This document shows, piece by piece, positions 27,036-32,000 of a stretch of DNA of 32,000 nt (position 1 is the first letter of the stretch; each line of letters opens with the position of its first letter). The notes beneath the pieces are model-generated. The model did no database searches. It saw only the letters and a program-made list of their open reading frames with translations, and was not told the origin of the DNA. Origin of the DNA: Paracoccus suum. GTDB lineage: Bacteria > Pseudomonadota > Alphaproteobacteria > Rhodobacterales > Rhodobacteraceae. The stretch covers positions 1,590,001 to 1,622,000 of the forward strand of contig NZ_CP030918.1 in the NCBI RefSeq assembly GCF_003324675.1. Direction: 5' to 3'. Position numbers and translations under genes: made by a program.

Positions 27036-27767
27036 TCAGGTGCCGGTCATGCCGAAGGTGTCGATCATCCATTGGGCGATGGTGTTGACGCTGTTGGTCG
27101 CGATCAGGATCGCGAACACGATCAGCATCACGCCCATGATCTTTTCAACGTAGCCGAGATAGCGGCGGTTGCGCGCGACCCAGGCGAGGAACGGCTTGGC
27201 GAACAGGGCGGCGATCACGAAGGGCAGCGTCATCGCCAGGCCATAGATCAGCAACAGGGTGCCCCCGCGGACCAGATCGCCGGTCCCCGAAGCGACCATC
27301 AGGATCGCCGCAAGCGCCGGGCCGACGCAGGGCGTCCAGCCGAAGCCAAAGGCGAGGCCCATGACATAGGCGCCGATGATGCTGGTCGGCTCGGCTTTCG
27401 ATTCAAGGCGCGCCTCGCGATAGAGGAAGGGCACGCGGATCACGCCCAGGAAATGCAGGCCGAACACCAGCAGGACAGCCGCCGCGACATAGCTCAGCGG
27501 ATCGCGCCAGGCGATGAAGGCCTGTCCCAGTGCGGTCGCGCCAAGGCCAAGCAGCACAAAGATCGTCGTCACGCCCAACGCAAAGGCTATGGCCGAGACG
27601 ACCAGCCGTCGATGCGCGCCGGGCGCGATCTCGCCCGAGGCGCGCAGTTCGGACATCGAGATGCCCGCCATGTAGCTGAGGTAGAACGGTACCATCGGCA
27701 GGATGCAGGGCGACAGGAACGACAGGATGCCGGCGACAAAGGCGCCCCAATAACTGATATCGAGCAT
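27036..27767 (-). CDS. ccdA: cytochrome c biogenesis / thiol-disulfide electron transporter CcdA (DsbD-core family, SoxV-like)
   Basis: 'FLSPCILPMVPFYLSY' and 'GWTPCVGPALAAIL' carry the two conserved membrane-embedded Cys motifs of CcdA. Six predicted TM segments. AGGAGA SD precedes ATG 27767. Confidence 0.88.
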   Translation of the reverse strand: MLDISYWGAFVAGILSFLSPCILPMVPFYLSYMAGISMSELRASGEIAPGAHRRLVVSAIAFALGVTTIFVLLGLGATALGQAFIAWRDPLSYVAAAVLLVFGLHFLGVIRVPFLYREARLESKAEPTSIIGAYVMGLAFGFGWTPCVGPALAAILMVASGTGDLVRGGTLLLIYGLAMTLPFVIAALFAKPFLAWVARNRRYLGYVEKIMGVMLIVFAILIATNSVNTIAQWMIDTFGMTGT

Positions 27768-27807
27768 GCGATCTCCTGTGGTCGGGGCGATGGTCGGCGG
27801 CGTTCCC

Positions 27808-27822
27808 GCGATTGTCAATCGC
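27808..27822. promoter_or_regulatory. perfect 15-nt palindrome GCGATTGTCAATCGC upstream of ccdA; candidate operator overlapping a TTGACA -35-like hexamer
   Basis: 7-bp arms around a single central base. On the - strand it reads GCGATTGACAATCGC and so contains TTGACA. It lies in the 79-nt gap between the acyltransferase stop and the ccdA start. TGTCA recurs at 27835-27839 and 27845-27849. Confidence 0.25.
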
Positions 27823-27846
27823 AGTTCTTGAATATGTCACGCGCTG

Positions 27847-28755
27847 TCAAGCGGGGCCGGCCTTCTTGCGCGGCGGCTTCCAGCGACGATGCACCCAGAA
27901 CCACTGATCCATGTGAGCGCGGGTCAGTGCCTCCAGCCCGTCGTTCAGGCTCTGCATCATGGTCTCGGCGTCCGAGGGGGGGATGGGGGCGAGGGCGTGG
28001 ACGCGGAACGACAGCCCGTCCGGTTGGCGGACGGCGTGGACAGGCACCAAGGGGGCGTCATGGCGCAGGGCCAATTCAGCCGGGGTCAGGACCGTCTCGG
28101 TCGGCAGGCCAAAGAAGCGCAGCGTGGCACCATCACGAATATACTGGTCAAAGCCGAGGCAGAGCCAGCCGCCGCCGCGCAGATAACGCAGCATCTGGCC
28201 GACGCCCTGACGGCCGCGCGGAAAGATCGGCTGGGCGATTGCCTCCATCGCGGGGATGTAGTGGCGGTTGAAGGCGGCGTTGTTCATTGGCCGGTAGAGG
28301 GCGCCGACCGGCCAGCCCCGCGCGCTGAGGGCGGCGCGCATGGCGTCGTAATTGCCGAAATGCGCGCAGGCGATGATGACCGGGCGCCCGTCTGCGGCGG
28401 CGGCCTCGAGCGTCGGCACGCCCGCGCCCTCGAGGATGTCCGCGGCGCGGATGCGGCTGGTGAACTCGGCCCCGGAATAAATCTCCGCCATGGCGCGGCC
28501 GGCGTTGTCGGGGACAGCGCGGCAGAGGCGGGCGACCTCGGCCGGGGCAAGATCGGGGCGCGCGAGGGCGAGGTTTGCGCGGATGCGCGCGGGCCAGCCG
28601 GCGAGGGGGGCGAGCAGGCGGGAAAAGACCCAGCCGACCATCGGAATGCGCCGCTCGTAAGGTATCAGCCGCGCGCCGGCCATCAGCCCCTGGAAGAGGG
28701 CGGAGGCGGCGCGGTCAACAAGGCCGGGCCGGTCGTCATCGCCGGCCCCGCTCAT
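27847..28755 (-). CDS. LpxL/HtrB-family lipid A biosynthesis (lauroyl/KDO2-lipid IVA) acyltransferase-like protein
   Basis: 302 aa from ATG 28755. HX4D catalytic motif 'CAHFGNYD'. Family-typical 'GGWLCLGFDQ', 'FFGLPTETVLTPAELALRHDAPLVPV' and C-terminal 'QWFWVHRRWK'. ATGA overlap with the upstream transporter stop. Confidence 0.85.
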   Translation of the reverse strand: MSGAGDDDRPGLVDRAASALFQGLMAGARLIPYERRIPMVGWVFSRLLAPLAGWPARIRANLALARPDLAPAEVARLCRAVPDNAGRAMAEIYSGAEFTSRIRAADILEGAGVPTLEAAAADGRPVIIACAHFGNYDAMRAALSARGWPVGALYRPMNNAAFNRHYIPAMEAIAQPIFPRGRQGVGQMLRYLRGGGWLCLGFDQYIRDGATLRFFGLPTETVLTPAELALRHDAPLVPVHAVRQPDGLSFRVHALAPIPPSDAETMMQSLNDGLEALTRAHMDQWFWVHRRWKPPRKKAGPA

Positions 28756-29735
28756 GCAGCCGCGGTTCTTTGGCTGGCGCGGGCGGATTGTGCCTCGCGC
28801 GTCCAGATGTAGAGGCCGGCGCCGACGATCAGCGCCGCCCCGATCAGGGTCCATGCGTCGGGGATCGTGCCCCAGAACAGCCAGCCCCAGACCCCGGCCC
28901 AGATCAGCCCGGTGTAGCCGAAGGGCGCGATGGCGGATGCCTCGGCCATCGCAAAGGCGCGGATGATCATGGTCTGGGCGATAGTCCCAAAGACGCCCAG
29001 CAGCGCAAAGGCCCACAGATCGCCAAGGGCGATCGGCTCCCACACGAAGGGCAGGATCAGGGTGGTCGCGGTGGTGCCGATCAGGGCCGACCACAGGACC
29101 GAGGTGCGGGTCGAATCGGCCCGCGACATGCGGGTCAGGATGGCGCCGGCGGCATAGCTGACCGCGCCGATCATCGGCAGGATGGCCGCCGGGTGCAGCA
29201 CGCCGCTGCCGGGGCGAATGATGATCATCGCCCCTACCAGGGCCACGGCGATGCCGGCGATGCGGCGCGGGCCAATGCGCTCGCCCAGGAACAGCGCCGC
29301 AAAGAGGGTGATGAGGACCGGGTTCACGTCCATGATCGCCGTCGCCTCGGCGAGGCCGATGAAGGTGATCGCGGTAAAGAACATCACGACCGAGACCAGC
29401 TGCGTCAGCCCGCGAAAGAGCTGCACCCAAGGCCGGACCGAGCGAAGCGTGCTGCGCAGCCGCGGGCCAAAGATCGCCATCACGATCAGGAAGTTGCCCG
29501 CAAAGCGGGCCCAGACGACCAGCCCGGGATTGTAGGTCTGGGTCAGATGCTTGGCGGTCGCATCCATCATGGTGAACACGAACACCGAGCCCAGCAGCAG
29601 CAGCAACCCCGCCATCTGCGTGCCGCCGCCGGCCGGATTGCGCACTCGGTCCAGCACAGGCGCCGCACCGGGCGCGGTGCCGGGCACGCAGGCACCGGCA
29701 GCCTCGGCCCGATCGGCGGCGCCGTGCGCGGTCAC
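28752..29735 (-). CDS. EamA/DMT-family transporter
   Basis: Ten hydrophobic segments in two EamA-like halves ('[11 protein letters not shown]', '[10 protein letters not shown]', '[21 protein letters not shown]'). The GTG start at 29735 overlaps the tkt stop (GTGA) and the extension has GC-rich third positions. ATG 29615 is the conservative alternative start. Confidence 0.8.
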   Translation of the reverse strand: MTAHGAADRAEAAGACVPGTAPGAAPVLDRVRNPAGGGTQMAGLLLLLGSVFVFTMMDATAKHLTQTYNPGLVVWARFAGNFLIVMAIFGPRLRSTLRSVRPWVQLFRGLTQLVSVVMFFTAITFIGLAEATAIMDVNPVLITLFAALFLGERIGPRRIAGIAVALVGAMIIIRPGSGVLHPAAILPMIGAVSYAAGAILTRMSRADSTRTSVLWSALIGTTATTLILPFVWEPIALGDLWAFALLGVFGTIAQTMIIRAFAMAEASAIAPFGYTGLIWAGVWGWLFWGTIPDAWTLIGAALIVGAGLYIWTREAQSARASQRTAAA

Positions 29736-31750
29736 ATCAGCGACCGGGCAAGCTTGACCGTTTCGTCGGCGGTGATGCCGAAGTGCTTGTAAAGCTCGGG
29801 CGCCGGGGCGGAGGCGCCAAAGCCGTCCATGCCGATAAAGCCCGACTTGGCCTCGGCGCCGCCTTCGCCCAGCAGCAGCCAGTCCCAGGGCATTCGCAAG
29901 GCGGCCTCGATGGCGATGCGCACCGTGCCGGCGGGCAGAACCTCGCGCCGGTACTCCGCGTCCTGAGTCCGGAACAGTTCCATGCAGGGGATCGAAACCA
30001 CGCGGGTCGGCACGCCCTCGGCCTCCAGCGTCTCGCGTGCAGCAAGGGCAATCTCGACCTCCGAGCCGGAGGACATCAGCACCACCCTGGGCGCGGCCGA
30101 GGCCTCGCGCAGCACATAGGCGCCCCGGGCGGTCAGGTTTTCCGCCCCGTCGTCCTGGCGCACCAGCGGCAGGTTCTGGCGCGATAGCGCCAGGATCGAG
30201 GGGGTAGTGTCGGTGGTCAGCGCCAGTTGCCACGCCTCGGCGGTCTCGACCAGATCGGCGGGGCGGAAGGTCCAGGTATTGGGCGTCGCGCGCAGCATCG
30301 CCAGATGCTCGACCGGCTGGTGGGTGGGGCCGTCCTCGCCGAGGCCGATCGAGTCATGCGTCATCACGAACACCGACGGCACGCCCATCAGCGCCGCCAG
30401 GCGCATGGAGGGGCGCATGTAGTCGGCAAAGCACAGGAACGTGCCGCCATAGGCGCGGTAGCCGCCATGCAGCGTGATGCCGTTCATCGCCGCCGCCATG
30501 CCATGCTCACGGATGCCGTAATAGATGTAGCGGCCGTGGCGGTTCTGGTCGTTGAAGATGCCGAGATCGGGGGTCAGCGTGTTGTTGCTGCCGGTCAGGT
30601 CGGCGCTGCCGCCCACGGTCTCGGGGATGGCGGCGTTGACCGCCTCAAGCACCATTTCGGATGCCTTGCGGGTTGCGAGCTTGGGCTTGTCGGCGAGTGC
30701 CTTGGCCTTGACCGCGGCGATGGCCGGCGCGAGGGCGTCGGAGGTCTCGCCCGAGACGCGCCGGGCAAAGGCCGTGCGCTGATCTGCGGGCAGGGCGTCG
30801 ACGCGGGCGTTCCACGCCTCGCGCGCGGACCGGCCCTTGGCGCCGATTTGCAGCCAGGCCTCGCGCAGGTCGTCGGGCACGACGAAGTCCGGATGCTCCC
30901 AGCCATAGGCGCCGCGGACCTTGACGATCTCCTCGGCGCCGAGGGGCGAGCCGTGCACGCCGCTGGTGTCCTGCTTGCTCGCGCCATAGCCGATGAATGT
31001 CCGGCAATCGACCAGCACCGGGCGGCCGTCGTCCTTGATGGCTTTGTTCAGGGCGGTCGCTATATCGGCCGGGTCATGGCCGTCGCACTCAAGGACGCGC
31101 CAGCCCGACGCCTCGAACCGCGCCTTCTGGTCGGTCGCATCCGACAGGGCGACGCGGCCATCGATGGTGATCTTGTTGTCGTCCCAGAGCACGATCAGTT
31201 TGCCGAGCCGCAGCCGGCCGGCGAGGGTGAGCGCCTCCTGGCTGATACCCTCCATCAGGCAACCGTCGCCCGAGATGACCCAGGTGCGGTGATCGCACAG
31301 ATCGGCGCCAAACTCGGCCCGCATCTTTTCCTCGGCGATGGCAAAGCCCACGGCCGTCGCGAAGCCCTGGCCCAGCGGGCCGGTGGTCATCTCGACCCCT
31401 TCGGCGTGGCGATATTCGGGGTGGCCGGCGGTGATGCTGCCGAGTTGGCGGAAGTTGCGCAGCTGGTCGAGGGTCATCTGCTCGTAGCCGGTCAGATGCA
31501 GCAGCGAATAGAGCAGCATAGAGCCATGGCCGGCGGACAGGATGAACCGGTCGCGGTCGAACCAGTTGGGCGCCGCGGCATCGAACTTGAGGTGGTCGCG
31601 GAAGAGGACGGTGGCGACATCGGCCATGCCCATCGGCATTCCCGGATGACCGCTGTTGGCCGCCTGCACGGCGTCCATCGCCAGTGCCCGGATGGCTGTG
31701 GCGAGGTTCCAGGTGGCGAGGTCGGACGAACGACGTTCGGCGAAATCCAT
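29732..31750 (-). CDS. tkt: transketolase
   Basis: '[28 protein letters not shown]'-type N-terminus (here '[28 protein letters not shown]'). TPP motif '[15 protein letters not shown]' and also '[21 protein letters not shown]'. Start is ATG 31750 (MDFAERR..). Confidence 0.95.
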   Translation of the reverse strand: MDFAERRSSDLATWNLATAIRALAMDAVQAANSGHPGMPMGMADVATVLFRDHLKFDAAAPNWFDRDRFILSAGHGSMLLYSLLHLTGYEQMTLDQLRNFRQLGSITAGHPEYRHAEGVEMTTGPLGQGFATAVGFAIAEEKMRAEFGADLCDHRTWVISGDGCLMEGISQEALTLAGRLRLGKLIVLWDDNKITIDGRVALSDATDQKARFEASGWRVLECDGHDPADIATALNKAIKDDGRPVLVDCRTFIGYGASKQDTSGVHGSPLGAEEIVKVRGAYGWEHPDFVVPDDLREAWLQIGAKGRSAREAWNARVDALPADQRTAFARRVSGETSDALAPAIAAVKAKALADKPKLATRKASEMVLEAVNAAIPETVGGSADLTGSNNTLTPDLGIFNDQNRHGRYIYYGIREHGMAAAMNGITLHGGYRAYGGTFLCFADYMRPSMRLAALMGVPSVFVMTHDSIGLGEDGPTHQPVEHLAMLRATPNTWTFRPADLVETAEAWQLALTTDTTPSILALSRQNLPLVRQDDGAENLTARGAYVLREASAAPRVVLMSSGSEVEIALAARETLEAEGVPTRVVSIPCMELFRTQDAEYRREVLPAGTVRIAIEAALRMPWDWLLLGEGGAEAKSGFIGMDGFGASAPAPELYKHFGITADETVKLARSLM

Positions 31751-32000
31751 GAAAAGGCTCCGGCTGGCTGGGCTTGGGCAGGGGTGTAGCAGGTGGCGGG
31801 GCGAGGACAAGGTATCCGCGCGTGCCCTGGGGTGGACGTGGGGCGCACCGAACGACCCCGAGGGGCGCTAAGTGCCCTACTGCGCGCAGGGCGCCAGATG
31901 CACCGGCGCACCGGCTGTTGCGCCAAGGCTTACGCATCCTGCATCGACGCAGAGCCGCCAGCCCGCGCCGGTCGTGCCCGAGGCTGCCAGCACCACCTCC

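Overview
This is a GC-rich window, roughly two-thirds G+C by eye, with stop-free shadow ORFs on nearly every antisense frame. Protein motifs and gene order point to an alphaproteobacterial, Rhodobacterales-like chromosome (inference only). It is densely packed with about 37 protein genes and one structured RNA, and almost all of it is core housekeeping.

Gene content, left to right:
- The 3' tail of a gene translationally coupled to a PIN-domain (VapC-like) protein.
- zwf-pgl-pgi on the + strand, converging on eda and an MFS transporter on the - strand.
- A DUF1190-type lipoprotein paired with a glutathionylspermidine-synthase-like ATP-grasp ligase.
- moaA-psuK-psuG.
- Four small orphan genes, mostly exported.
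- alr-mlaE-mlaF.
- phoH-ybeY-corC followed by a TrxR-like flavoprotein.
- A Crp/Fnr-family regulator.
- rpmG and a type-A RNase P RNA (rnpB).
- A secreted 8-Cys protein.
- gatC-gatA, a lipoprotein and an AmpD-like amidase.
- A short YigZ/IMPACT-like protein.
- A CcdA plus Tat-exported thioredoxin pair (SoxV/SoxW-like).
- tkt, an EamA transporter and an LpxL-family acyltransferase.

I see no transposases, integrases, phage genes, CRISPR arrays, tRNAs or rRNAs, and no obvious defence island. I found no convincing novel system. The leads most worth following are:
1. The uncharacterised DUF1190/ATP-grasp pair.
2. The orphan exported-protein cluster at 11.7-13.8 kb.
3. The secreted Cys-rich protein beside rnpB.
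4. The orphan CcdA/thioredoxin module with a perfect palindrome in its promoter region.
5. Several cases where functionally unrelated genes share overlapping stop and start codons.

All functional calls rest on my recognition of translated motifs. No database search was run.
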